From a virus (lineage: Duplodnaviria; Caudoviricetes): 39,210 nucleotides of DNA. Position numbers and translations under genes: made by a program. The notes beneath the pieces were generated by a model that saw only the letters and a list, made by a program, of their open reading frames with translations, had not been told where the DNA came from and made no database searches. Location: the IMG/VR virus record IMGVR_UViG_3300042207_000154, positions 1-39,210 of that record, one strand, 5' to 3'. This document shows positions 1-8,919 of this stretch, piece after piece; position 1 is the first letter of the stretch; every line of letters begins with the position of its first letter.

Positions 1-87
1 GTCGACGGCGACCACGACATCGATTGTAAAGTGGATGGCAATGGCCAAATGATGCTGAAATCGAAGTTTGTTAAAAAACAAAGCTAA
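1..87 (+). CDS. phnA: 3' end of PhnA/YjdM zinc-ribbon family protein (host gene, partial)
   Basis: Frame 1 reads VDGDHDIDCKVDGNGQMMLKSKFVKKQS*, matching the conserved PhnA C-terminus (DHDIDCKIDG..M.LKSEFVKK). Confidence 0.85.
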   Translation, partial: VDGDHDIDCKVDGNGQMMLKSKFVKKQS

Positions 88-142
88 TAACGATTGAACT
101 AGTCGTTATATGTGACCATTAATCAGCCTCAAGCTGATTAAC

Positions 143-183
143 AAAAAATCCCTGCAGGCAGTAATGCCAGCAGGGATTTTTTT
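143..183. terminator. Bidirectional intrinsic terminator
   Basis: AAAAAATCCCTGC...GCAGGGATTTTTTT inverted repeat with A/T tracts on both sides, downstream of phnA. Confidence 0.85.
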
Positions 184-291
184 ATGGACGCAGGTTCAAG
201 TCCAACCGCCACATCTGAACGGGTTATTGTTGTTCCAAAAAGTAGATTTTTTGGAAATGCTCGAAAGCATGTTTGCCCAGTTGTGCTCCCC

Positions 292-385
292 AAGTGCAAT
301 CACTTCCGTGACACGTTGTAAACCCATCCATGGGCGCTCTGCGAAAACATCCATGTTTTCGATGGTCACAGCCGCGATTACACCT
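292..385 (-). repeat. 94-bp REP/ERIC-like palindromic element, copy 1
   Basis: Reverse complement of 3045-3138 with 4 mismatches; internal palindromes CGAAAACATCCATGTTTTCG and CCCATCCATGGG. Confidence 0.9.
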
Positions 386-510
386 GTGTCTCTTCTATTT
401 TCGATTGAGCCGCTTTTGTAGTTTCATATAAGTAAAAATCAAAAACAGTTTATTCATTGGCTCACATAATTGAATTCCAGTAGTTTTTGACAGTTTGATA
501 AAAAATAAAT

Positions 511-903
511 TTGTTAAACACCGAAGAGGCAAAGCCAGAGCAAGTGCTAGAAACTTTGCAAACTCTAAAACCAGACGAACGTGAAGACTTCATTAAGCGC
601 AGGCCATTACTCTGCAAAGCTTATGTGCATAACTCTAGATAGCAATAAAGTGCCAACTCAGTAGTAGTTAGCGAAGCATTAACCACCACCCTAAGTACCT
701 ATTTAGGTGGCCGTGACATGTATATTCCCAATGGCGAATGCCTTAAAGATGCCCTGCGAGACATTCGCATTTGGCGCCAGTTTAAGGGCAATAACCTGGA
801 GCAACTGGCAAGGGAGTACGGCCTAACGAAGCGTCGAGTCAGTCAGATCATTGCAGAACAAAGAGCGGCGTTTGTGGCGAGAAAGCAGAGAAGGTTGTTT
901 TGA
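511..903 (+). pseudogene. mor: Degenerate, 5'-truncated copy of the Mor/C-family activator gene
   Basis: Aligns to 10828-11232 with substitutions and indels in the 5' half; only the C-terminal 61 aa (718-903) remain open. Confidence 0.9.
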
Positions 904-1012
904 ATAGTAAAAACAACGTCAAGTACTACCCAAATGTAGCCCTTTTTATTCAGTTATTTTGGTTATAAACTCTTAATACAAAATAATTGATTCATGAAAA
1001 AAGGAATTTGAA

Positions 1013-1276
1013 ATGAAGAGCAAAGAATATCAAAACGGATTTAATTCCGGCTCATATAAAGATAATCCTCATAATATGGGAACTAGTGAAAACAATGATT
1101 TTGAGCGAGGAGTAACACAAAAGCAGAAACAGGCGTCTAGCTCTGTCAGTGCTACCAGTAAATTTAATGCATCGTTTCTTTTATATAACAGTTCAACTCC
1201 ACCTGAGAAAAACACTCCTAAGTCCGAAGTTCCAGTGAAGCTAAGCTACACATACGATAAAAACAAATTACTATAA
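1013..1276 (+). CDS. Small hypothetical protein (87 aa), cargo
   Basis: AAGGA RBS upstream of ATG; AT-rich; lies between mor' and the KAP NTPase. Confidence 0.6.
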   Translation: MKSKEYQNGFNSGSYKDNPHNMGTSENNDFERGVTQKQKQASSSVSATSKFNASFLLYNSSTPPEKNTPKSEVPVKLSYTYDKNKLL

Positions 1277-1361
1277 ACATGTTATCCGTGCCTAATGTGT
1301 AATTTTTTCGACGGTTTTTTATAGATAGGCTCTTTGAACAATAAAATCAGGTGGATCTAAA

Positions 1362-2693
1362 GTGAAAATAGTATTACCAGAAATACAAATAAATGATGAT
1401 ACAGGATTTGATCCTGCGATTGATATTTTTAGACGTAAAGATTTTGGTGAGAGATTAGCCAATTTAATCGAAAATGCAGAGGGTAATTTAGTTATTGCCT
1501 TAGATGCTGGTTGGGGGCAGGGTAAAAGTACCTTTATAAAAATGTGGCGAGGTCACTTATCGCACCACCGAGATTCAAAAATTCAGTCAGTATATTTTGA
1601 TGCCTTTGAAAATGACTATCAAAAAGACCCATTTTTAGCATTAGCATCCGAAATGTACCAGTTGATACCTGATGCGGATGCAAGCAATAAGACTAAATTT
1701 AAGGATAAAGCGATAAAAGCTGGTAAATCCCTTGCCAGAGGAACTTTAAAATTAACAGTAAAGACTGTAACTGCAGGTATAGTCGATGGTAGCACTTTTG
1801 ATGCAGCAGAGAGCGGCATATCTTCTTTAATAGCAGACCAAGTCGATGATCTTGTTAAAGAAAAGTTTGAGCATGCACAAAAGGATAAGCTGGCACTAAA
1901 AGAATTTAAGAAACACCTGTCTGAATTTTCCAAAAATGTGGGTAATGATAAACCCATTGTCTTTATTATCGATGAGTTAGATAGATGTCGCCCTGATTTT
2001 GCGCTTGAATTACTTGAACAAGTTAAGCATCTGTTTTCTGTTGAAGGAATTACTTTTCTACTGGTTACCAATAGAGTGCAATTAGAGCAGTCAATTATAG
2101 CTAAATACGGTGGAATCGATCCTGTTAACTACCTGCACAAATTTATTAACGTGTGGTTAACTATGCCAAGATCAGCAGAAGAACATAATGATAATGGATA
2201 TCAATATTTACGTTATGTAATACAGTCAATGTTATTAGACGGCAATGGGAACTCAAGTCTCAAAGATTGCGAGAATGTGTTATATGAAATTGTTCAGTAC
2301 TACCAGCCATCCTTTAGAGAAATAGACAGGATACTTTCTTACTTTGCCATATTAAGCAATATGGCAGGTCAGCAAGGCTATGAAAGTAACTTTGAATTTA
2401 TAATGGCTATAGTTTGTTACCTTAAAGCTTGCAAACCTTCAGCCCTCAACCCCGTAAATGGTACATTAAGTTATAATCTGATTGCCAGCGCAGCCAATTT
2501 TGCTGATATTGAAAAAACAGAGCGATTTTCTCAATTAGAATATATAACACGGCTTGTAAAATTTGACTTTGGTGATCAGGAATTAAAGGACAAAATGATA
2601 GAGGAAAAGCAAATCAATCAACCTAATTTATTTAGGCAAACTTCAAATCGCCTGATACTCATAAATAAGTGGTTAACAGAAATAACAAATTAA
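1362..2693 (+). CDS. KAP-family P-loop NTPase (candidate phage exclusion/defence protein)
   Basis: Walker A AGWGQGKST, YFDAFENDY motif, Walker B FIIDELDRCRP, YLHKFI motif; AT-rich. Confidence 0.9.
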   Translation: MKIVLPEIQINDDTGFDPAIDIFRRKDFGERLANLIENAEGNLVIALDAGWGQGKSTFIKMWRGHLSHHRDSKIQSVYFDAFENDYQKDPFLALASEMYQLIPDADASNKTKFKDKAIKAGKSLARGTLKLTVKTVTAGIVDGSTFDAAESGISSLIADQVDDLVKEKFEHAQKDKLALKEFKKHLSEFSKNVGNDKPIVFIIDELDRCRPDFALELLEQVKHLFSVEGITFLLVTNRVQLEQSIIAKYGGIDPVNYLHKFINVWLTMPRSAEEHNDNGYQYLRYVIQSMLLDGNGNSSLKDCENVLYEIVQYYQPSFREIDRILSYFAILSNMAGQQGYESNFEFIMAIVCYLKACKPSALNPVNGTLSYNLIASAANFADIEKTERFSQLEYITRLVKFDFGDQELKDKMIEEKQINQPNLFRQTSNRLILINKWLTEITN

Positions 2694-2696
2694 TAT

Positions 2697-2772
2697 ATCC
2701 CGAAACCTTTCTAACCCGCTAGAACACTCTAAACCGAGACAATGAACCTATGTTCCTTGTCTCGGTTTTTTT
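2697..2772 (+). promoter_or_regulatory. Copy of the phage lysis late promoter and hairpin/terminator
   Basis: One mismatch versus 13969-14044; ATCCCGAAACCTTTCTAACC motif and AAACCGAGACAA...TTGTCTCGGTTTTTTT hairpin. Confidence 0.75.
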
Positions 2773-3018
2773 ATGGGTCTTTTTCAGCCAAACAGTCCTT
2801 ACAGTCCAGCCTTTATTGCCGCGGTTAACTTTGTGTTCAGCAAAGAGGGCGACTATCACTGCAACCCTAATGACTTAGGCGGTGAAACCCATTTTGGCAT
2901 TAGCGCCAGGGCGTACCCTAAAGAAGACATTGCCAATCTAACCCAAGCGCGGGCGCAGTTTTTATATCACCGTGATTATTGGCGCGCCGCATATTATTTT
3001 TTCTGCAGCACTAAATAA
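2773..3018 (+). pseudogene. Truncated GH108 lysin copy
   Basis: Near-identical to 14045-14267 up to position 2995, then unrelated sequence and stop; EGG motif changed to EGD. Confidence 0.9.
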
Positions 3019-3044
3019 AGTCTAATCGGAGAGAGTTAAATTAT

Positions 3045-3138
3045 AGGTGCAATCGCGGCTGTGACCTTCGAAAACATGGATGTTTTCGCAGAGCGCCCAT
3101 GGATGGGTTTACAGCGTGTCACAGAAGTGATTGCACTT
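3045..3138 (+). repeat. 94-bp REP/ERIC-like palindromic element, copy 2 (inverted relative to copy 1)
   Basis: 90/94 identical to reverse complement of 292-385; outer stem GTGCAATC..GATTGCAC and two inner hairpins with ATGGAT loops. Confidence 0.9.
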
Positions 3139-3140
3139 AG

Positions 3141-3333
3141 TGTAACCAGTCACTAGGTATGAGAATTAACCATTAAACCGGGATTAAACAGGAATTAATT
3201 AAATTAGGTGGGAAATCCAGTGTGGGTCTGTGATTGCTGCTAGTTAACTTTTTGGCTGGAGTTTAATTGGTTATTCGTGAGGTTTGAGACAAATCGAGGT
3301 TAAAAGGAAATAGCTCGGTGGGTTTGAGACAAA
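3141..3333 (+). repeat. Putative prophage left end with transposase-binding sites (L1-L3-like)
   Basis: Starts TGTAACCAGTCACTAGGTATGAGAA; exact 13-bp repeat GGTTTGAGACAAA at 3281 and 3321, related GGTATGAGAATTA at 3156. Confidence 0.6.
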
Positions 3334-3349
3334 GTAACCCACCGTTTGT

Positions 3350-4054
3350 TTAGTAAAGGTCCTTACCGATCCAGACCACTTTACCTATTATATGAAGCTT
3401 ATCGATCTCGTCAGCTTTGACGATTTGATCTTCATACTCTTTATTGTCACTAATCAGTCGAATATCCCCATCAAACCGCTTTTGTAAACGCTTGGCATAA
3501 AGCTCATCACCAAAACGTAGAACGAAGATACTGCCATCAGTTAACTTGGTGTCAGATGTATTCACCAGCAGTGTGTTGTTATTGTGGATTGTCGGTTCCA
3601 TTGAATCACCTGAAGCAAAAACCACAGCAAGCTTTTCAGTTTCAAACCCTCTGAACTTTAACCACTTACGTCTGAAAGCCAGATGGCGCTTAACTGGTTC
3701 ACTATCCGTGATCCTGCCATGGCCAGTACTAACAGATAGATGATACCCAGGTATTAATGAGTACTCTTCATCAAATTCATTGTTCACAACTTTGGTAACT
3801 TCATCACCCGTCTGCGGGTAGCCTTCACCAGAAATAAGCCAGTCTAAAGAAACATTTGCTTGTCTTGCCATAAGAAGCGCTTTGTCAATTTGAGGAAGCG
3901 ATTGACCTTTCAAATACTTCCTTAAAGCGCCCTCAGATAAATCAATAGCGGATGCGAACGCGCGTACGCTTGTAGTTCCTATCGCCATTTCTAATCTTTC
4001 TGCAAACGTTTCCTTTCCTATTGCTGGAAAAGAAACATCATTTTCATTTTTCAT
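3350..4054 (-). CDS. Prophage repressor, XRE HTH plus S24 peptidase (CI/LexA-like)
   Basis: N-terminal HTH (SVRAFASAIDLSEGALRKYLKG, VSLDWLISGEG); C-terminal GDSMEP and YAKRLQ; divergent from the early operon. Confidence 0.92.
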   Translation of the reverse strand: MKNENDVSFPAIGKETFAERLEMAIGTTSVRAFASAIDLSEGALRKYLKGQSLPQIDKALLMARQANVSLDWLISGEGYPQTGDEVTKVVNNEFDEEYSLIPGYHLSVSTGHGRITDSEPVKRHLAFRRKWLKFRGFETEKLAVVFASGDSMEPTIHNNNTLLVNTSDTKLTDGSIFVLRFGDELYAKRLQKRFDGDIRLISDNKEYEDQIVKADEIDKLHIIGKVVWIGKDLY

Positions 4055-4160
4055 GTTTTGTTTCTTTTTAGTTAAGTAACTGAATTTAAATGCTTAAAGG
4101 TCATGTCTAGAAGCTAGTGCATAAAAGATGAAAAGAAACATTACAAACATGCTTGACCAG

Positions 4161-4210
4161 CGTACAAATGTGATCGTATCATCACATTCGTACGCAGTGC
4201 GTATGAATGT
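4161..4210. promoter_or_regulatory. Overlapping palindromes, candidate repressor/Ner operators
   Basis: CGTACAAATGTGAT-N6-ATCACATTCGTACG and ACATTCGTACGCA-G-TGCGTATGAATGT in the divergent intergenic region. Confidence 0.55.
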
Positions 4211-4289
4211 TACTTTTTGTATGTGCTACATGCGCAATGCGAACAATTATAAATGTTATCACAAATTTGTGAAATAAGGAGCAGACATC

Positions 4290-4520
4290 GTGGAGATTGA
4301 AAATGCGAATCAGATCTACGCTGCATTAATGAGACGAGGACTCAGTTGCAGAGCCTGGGCATTAAGAGAGGGATATAACCCACGTACAGTACAAAAGTGC
4401 GTGCAAATGTTCGCGCCCAACACCGGACTAAAACCACGCTGGGGAAAAGTATCTAAAAAGATCTTGCTTGAGCTATCCAATGAAATTGAATTTGACTTGG
4501 TAGGGCATCGCTATGATTAA
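4290..4520 (+). CDS. Ner/Cro-like small DNA-binding protein
   Basis: 76 aa HTH (IYAALMRRGLSCRAWALREGYNPRTV), AGGAG RBS, ner position. Confidence 0.75.
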   Translation: MEIENANQIYAALMRRGLSCRAWALREGYNPRTVQKCVQMFAPNTGLKPRWGKVSKKILLELSNEIEFDLVGHRYD

Positions 4521-6735
4521 GCAATATTACACCCTTCAAGAACTGCTAAACATTCCTGGCATGTACACCACAGTGCAAGGTAATAGAAAGCTCGCTAATC
4601 GTGAATGTTGGACTAAAAAGAAATGCGACCAAGGCAAAGGCTTTGAATATCTCATTGATAGTTTACCCACAGAAACACAAGCCTACCTAAAGGCCAAAGC
4701 TGTTGAGTCTAGTACCTCAAAAAGTGTTGTTTCAGCTAAATCAGCGTTAAAGCAGGACGAAGCTCAAGGTAAACAAATACGCCAACAACGTATCAATGCT
4801 AAAAGCCAAGGTTTAGCGCAATTCATGTGCTTAAGCGAATCAAAACAGGCCAAAGCTAAAGCCAGAGAAATGGTCATCAATGCTTTCAGCGAATTTGTAT
4901 CGCCTTATGAGTCAGCTGGAAACAAATCGGCCGGAGTGATTGTTTTTGTAAATGGATTCAATACATCAAAAATACTCAGCAATAAAGACGTCCGAACCCA
5001 CGTTACACAACTTGCAAAAGCAACACTTTATCGTTGGCACAAAGCATATGAAGAGCAGGGCATCATCGGCTTAGTCGATCAATACAAAGGCCAAACAGCC
5101 TCAAAAATTGATCAACAACCGCGCCTAGGTGAATTTTTGCTCGCGTTAGTGACCAAAAAACCACACTTATTAAACCAAGCAAACAAAGTACGTGATTTAG
5201 CCCTAGTTCGAGCTGCTGAATATGGCTGGCAACTCCCGTCAATCAGCTCATTTAAACGCTGGTTAACTCAGTATGCCGCTAAGCATGAGTTAGCACATGC
5301 ATTTACCACCAATCCGTCACTTTACACCGACAAATACCGGCCGCTATTTGCCCGTATGTATCCACACATAGACGGACCAAACCAAGTATGGGAATTCGAC
5401 TCAACACCCACTGACATTGAACTAAACGTCGATGGCAAACTTAAACGTCATAGCATCGTCGCGGTTATTGATGCATTCAGCCGTCGTGTGCAACTCATTG
5501 TGTCGCCAACATCTAATAGCGAAGCTATCTGTCTACTGCTGCGTAAAACCCTTTTAGAGTGGGGATTACCAGAGCAGGGCGCCATCATGCGTACCGATAA
5601 CGGTAGCGACTACGTATCAAAACGCACCACAACAATATTCAACTTATTAGATTTAAAACTATCTAAAGCCAATGCATTTAGCGGATGGGAAAAACCCTTC
5701 ATCGAACGTTTCTTTGGCACTATGAGTCGTGTGTTAATGGAAAAAATGCCAGGTTATATCGGTCACAGTGTAAGTGATCGCCAACAAATAGAGGCCATGT
5801 ACAACTTTGCCAAACGTATTGGCGAGGGTAAAAAGCAAGCAGAAGCCGAAAGACTCAGCCTGGCACTAACACCAGCGCAACTGCAGCAAGTGCTTAACGA
5901 CTATTTAGAATTTGACTACAACCACGTAGCACACGACAAAACAGATAAAACCCCCTTCGAGTTATATGCCGGTTCTGGTTACAAAAAACGCGTTATCGAT
6001 AACCCGCATATTCTCGACACACTACTCAACTTTATCGGCACTGCAAAAGTAGTACGTGGCAGCGTAAAAGCCGACGGCGTGCAATACACTGCGCCGGAAC
6101 TCATGGAAGCCGCATGGCAGCGCCAAGATGTTCGAGTATTTATCGACCCCTGCGACATTGGCCGAGCCACCTTATACCCCATCGACAACTGGGAAACCTA
6201 TATTGATGCCGTCAACATGGATCTCGTCAATCGTGGTATCGCCCCAGGTGAATTCCGTGAGCGTCGCAAACAAACCCAAAAAGAACTCAGCGCCTTTCGT
6301 AAATCTGCAAAACGATTACAACAAGAGTTTGGCATTGATGCGTTATATGCCGACGAACTCGCCCAGAAAAAACTGCTACGCGCCAACCTCTGCCACCTTG
6401 AACAAACTGCTGCCCATAACAATAGCGCTATCGCAGGGTTACACGCTGCAACCGAGGCAAAAAATACCCAACTTAGTGAAGCAGAACTCAATGCAATAGA
6501 ACGTCAACGCGAAGCAATTGCCGAGCGACGTTCGCGTCACGCACAGCAAGAGTCCCGCATAGTCAGAAGTGATCACGAAAAAGCCGTCCTGTTAACAACA
6601 GACAGCCTAAATCGAACATTAAATGAGAAGGAAGATGAATGGCTTAAAAAATACCGTTTAAACAATGTGCTACATCGAAACCGACTAGACAAAATTTTAA
6701 AACAAGCCGAGCAGCCGCACCTGCAAGTGAAATAG
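4513..6735 (+). CDS. Mu-like DDE transposase (MuA)
   Basis: N-terminal Mu HTH (GKGFEYLIDSLP), DDE motifs WEFDSTPTD, RTDNGSDY, KPFIERFF. Confidence 0.95.
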   Translation: MIKQYYTLQELLNIPGMYTTVQGNRKLANRECWTKKKCDQGKGFEYLIDSLPTETQAYLKAKAVESSTSKSVVSAKSALKQDEAQGKQIRQQRINAKSQGLAQFMCLSESKQAKAKAREMVINAFSEFVSPYESAGNKSAGVIVFVNGFNTSKILSNKDVRTHVTQLAKATLYRWHKAYEEQGIIGLVDQYKGQTASKIDQQPRLGEFLLALVTKKPHLLNQANKVRDLALVRAAEYGWQLPSISSFKRWLTQYAAKHELAHAFTTNPSLYTDKYRPLFARMYPHIDGPNQVWEFDSTPTDIELNVDGKLKRHSIVAVIDAFSRRVQLIVSPTSNSEAICLLLRKTLLEWGLPEQGAIMRTDNGSDYVSKRTTTIFNLLDLKLSKANAFSGWEKPFIERFFGTMSRVLMEKMPGYIGHSVSDRQQIEAMYNFAKRIGEGKKQAEAERLSLALTPAQLQQVLNDYLEFDYNHVAHDKTDKTPFELYAGSGYKKRVIDNPHILDTLLNFIGTAKVVRGSVKADGVQYTAPELMEAAWQRQDVRVFIDPCDIGRATLYPIDNWETYIDAVNMDLVNRGIAPGEFRERRKQTQKELSAFRKSAKRLQQEFGIDALYADELAQKKLLRANLCHLEQTAAHNNSAIAGLHAATEAKNTQLSEAELNAIERQREAIAERRSRHAQQESRIVRSDHEKAVLLTTDSLNRTLNEKEDEWLKKYRLNNVLHRNRLDKILKQAEQPHLQVK

Positions 6736-6810
6736 CTGCTCAGCTCATAAACCCTGGTTAATACCAGATTAAACAAACGTAAAACCCAGAAAAACCACAG
6801 GAACAACATT

Positions 6811-7539
6811 ATGAAACATAAAACAGTAGAAGTAAAAAATGTCCTACGCACTCAAGACATGTTCGCCAACCTACAAAGCCGCAGTGAGATCACCCCAGGC
6901 ATTGGCCTCATACACGGGGCAAGTGGCTTTGGCAAAACCACCACGGTTACCTACATGTTTAATCAGCTCACCAACATGGGCAATTTACCGGTATACGTGC
7001 GCTGCTATGCAACCGATACCCCAAGCTCATTTTTAGCTCGCATTCTAAAAGAACTGGGTAGCGATCCTATGTATCCACTGCGTAAATCAGTTGATTTCAT
7101 TACCCAAACCATGAACGACCAGCAAATTGCACTGTTTGTTGACGAAGCAGACCACATTGTCGGCCAAGCCAAAACCATGGAAACCATCCGCGACTTATAC
7201 GACGCCACCGAGCTGCCAGTCGTGCTTATCGGCATGGAAGAAATAGCCCGTCGTATCAGCCACCGCAAACAGCTATTTAACCGCATCAGCGAATGGGTTG
7301 AATTTATGCCTGCAGACAATGAAGACGTGTCGATGTTTGCTATCGAACTACTCGAACGAGACATACAGGTAGGCGAAGACTTGTTGGACTTTATCCGCGT
7401 CAGAAGTGGTGGCGAAGTACGTCGAATACTTATCGCATTAGAAAAAATTGAGCGATTCGCCATCTCAAACGATCTGGATTATGTAGACAAACAGCTTTGG
7501 GGCGATGGGCAATTATTCTTAAACCATAGTCGCCGTTAA
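6811..7539 (+). CDS. Transposition AAA+ ATPase (MuB-like)
   Basis: Walker A GASGFGKTT, Walker B LFVDEAD, VVLIGM; follows transposase. Confidence 0.92.
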   Translation: MKHKTVEVKNVLRTQDMFANLQSRSEITPGIGLIHGASGFGKTTTVTYMFNQLTNMGNLPVYVRCYATDTPSSFLARILKELGSDPMYPLRKSVDFITQTMNDQQIALFVDEADHIVGQAKTMETIRDLYDATELPVVLIGMEEIARRISHRKQLFNRISEWVEFMPADNEDVSMFAIELLERDIQVGEDLLDFIRVRSGGEVRRILIALEKIERFAISNDLDYVDKQLWGDGQLFLNHSRR

Positions 7540-7592
7540 GCTTTTGTATTTATGCGCTAAATAAATAATAAGAAAGAAAAGGACTAACCATT

Positions 7593-8168
7593 ATGGAACA
7601 GTCAAATAAAGGCGTAATCACACATAAAGCATGGCAACTCATGTGTGAGAAACGCCAATTTACCCGACGAGAAATCGCCCAGTCACTGGGCGTAAAAACT
7701 AACTTGATAACCGAGCTCACTAAGCGATTGCAAAATCAATCTGCCATAGCGCTTATCTCTAAGCAAACTGGCAATAAAGGCAACTTATATCAAGTCATTG
7801 TTACACCAGACGAGGTCATTTTAGGCAAAGGCAACCCACAAGCCGAACGCGCCCCACAGCGGATTAAACGCAACACCGTGGTACAGCAGGTGTGGAACTC
7901 AATCCGCATTAATCGGCACTTTAACAAAGGGTTGATTTTAGCCACATCAATGGCCGAATCGTCACTCATTACCCGTTACCTAGGGTGCTTATCAAAGGCG
8001 GGTTATATACGCGCCCTTAACAGCATCAAAGGCAGCCCAAGAGGCACAACGCTCAAGTACATACTCATACGAGATACAGGGCGCTTACATCCAACAGAGC
8101 GCACCCAAGGCATGTGGGATCAAAACACCAATACATATTATCCATTCAAGGAGAAACACCATGAGTAA
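7593..8168 (+). CDS. Early hypothetical protein with winged-HTH-like repeats
   Basis: FTRREIAQSLGV and YLGCLSKAGY motifs; RDTG..P motif of Mu-like early proteins; AAGGA RBS. Confidence 0.75.
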   Translation: MEQSNKGVITHKAWQLMCEKRQFTRREIAQSLGVKTNLITELTKRLQNQSAIALISKQTGNKGNLYQVIVTPDEVILGKGNPQAERAPQRIKRNTVVQQVWNSIRINRHFNKGLILATSMAESSLITRYLGCLSKAGYIRALNSIKGSPRGTTLKYILIRDTGRLHPTERTQGMWDQNTNTYYPFKEKHHE

Positions 8169-8694
8169 CTGGTTAACCATACTGGCCGAGCAAGCAAGTG
8201 CTCATGGTCAAGAAGGGGTTGCAAAGGTGCTAGGGATCAGCAAAACCGTCGTTTGTCAGCTAATCAACGGTAAGTATGCGGCTCAAGGCGGCAACATGGA
8301 ACGCATGCAAAAGTTGGTCGAGGGGGCATACATGAACCACGTCGTGCTATGTCCAATATTGGGTGAAATCCCCTTGCATGAATGCGACAAACATCAATGC
8401 AATAAATCAACCAGCAACCCAATTCGCCTGCGTTTGTATCGAGCTTGTCGCAGTGGCTGCGCCCACTCCAACTTATCTGCCAAACATCAATTTAAGCGCA
8501 TTAGCGTTACCCAAATAGAAAGCCGAATTAAGCAGTATTCGGCCGAGGCAACCTACAGCCGATTAGAGCGTCAATCCATAACCGACAACGGTGGTCATAA
8601 GCAATTATGCGAACTACTCAAGCAAGAGTTAATCGCACTCGCTTACCGATACAACCGCCTTTTAGAACAACATTCAACCCCACAACAGGAGTAG
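8161..8694 (+). CDS. Early XRE-HTH protein with Cys-rich segment
   Basis: QEGVAKVLGISKTVVCQLINGKY; CPILGEI..C; overlaps upstream stop. Confidence 0.75.
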   Translation: MSNWLTILAEQASAHGQEGVAKVLGISKTVVCQLINGKYAAQGGNMERMQKLVEGAYMNHVVLCPILGEIPLHECDKHQCNKSTSNPIRLRLYRACRSGCAHSNLSAKHQFKRISVTQIESRIKQYSAEATYSRLERQSITDNGGHKQLCELLKQELIALAYRYNRLLEQHSTPQQE

Positions 8695-8699
8695 CCGCT

Positions 8700-8918
8700 A
8701 TGCAATACCAACTTAACAAATTTGATGTCATCAGCGCGCTAAGTCTGCGTGGGATGAACGTGCTTGGTCGTAACGCCAATGTGGTGCATATCGCCAATCC
8801 AAGCTGCGACTTTAAAAGCAAAGCTGTAGAAATTATCGAAAACATTAAAGGCATACGTCGCCGCAGCTGCGCAGTGCAGTTTCATGGTGTCACAGTGCGC
8901 TGGAACGAGGACCAATAA
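8700..8918 (+). CDS. Early hypothetical protein (72 aa)
   Basis: ATG at 8700 after AGGAG; ends FHGVTVRW, typical of a small Mu-like early gene. Confidence 0.7.
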   Translation: MQYQLNKFDVISALSLRGMNVLGRNANVVHIANPSCDFKSKAVEIIENIKGIRRRSCAVQFHGVTVRWNEDQ

Positions 8919-8919
8919 T

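Noticed and set aside
186-211. GGACGCAGGTTCAAGTCC resembling a tRNA/tmRNA T-loop (possible att remnant)
   Set aside because: The T-stem cannot pair beyond 2 bp, there is no cloverleaf, and no integrase in the window
164-421. 85-aa ORF in the track
   Set aside because: Starts inside a terminator hairpin and runs through the 94-bp repeat; no RBS or recognisable motif
718-903. 61-aa ORF as a functional Mor
   Set aside because: It is only the C-terminal remnant of a frameshifted copy, starting at an internal Met; treated as a pseudogene
4169-4186. TGTGA...TCACA as a CRP site
   Set aside because: Spacer is 8 nt rather than 6; better explained as part of the larger operator-like palindrome
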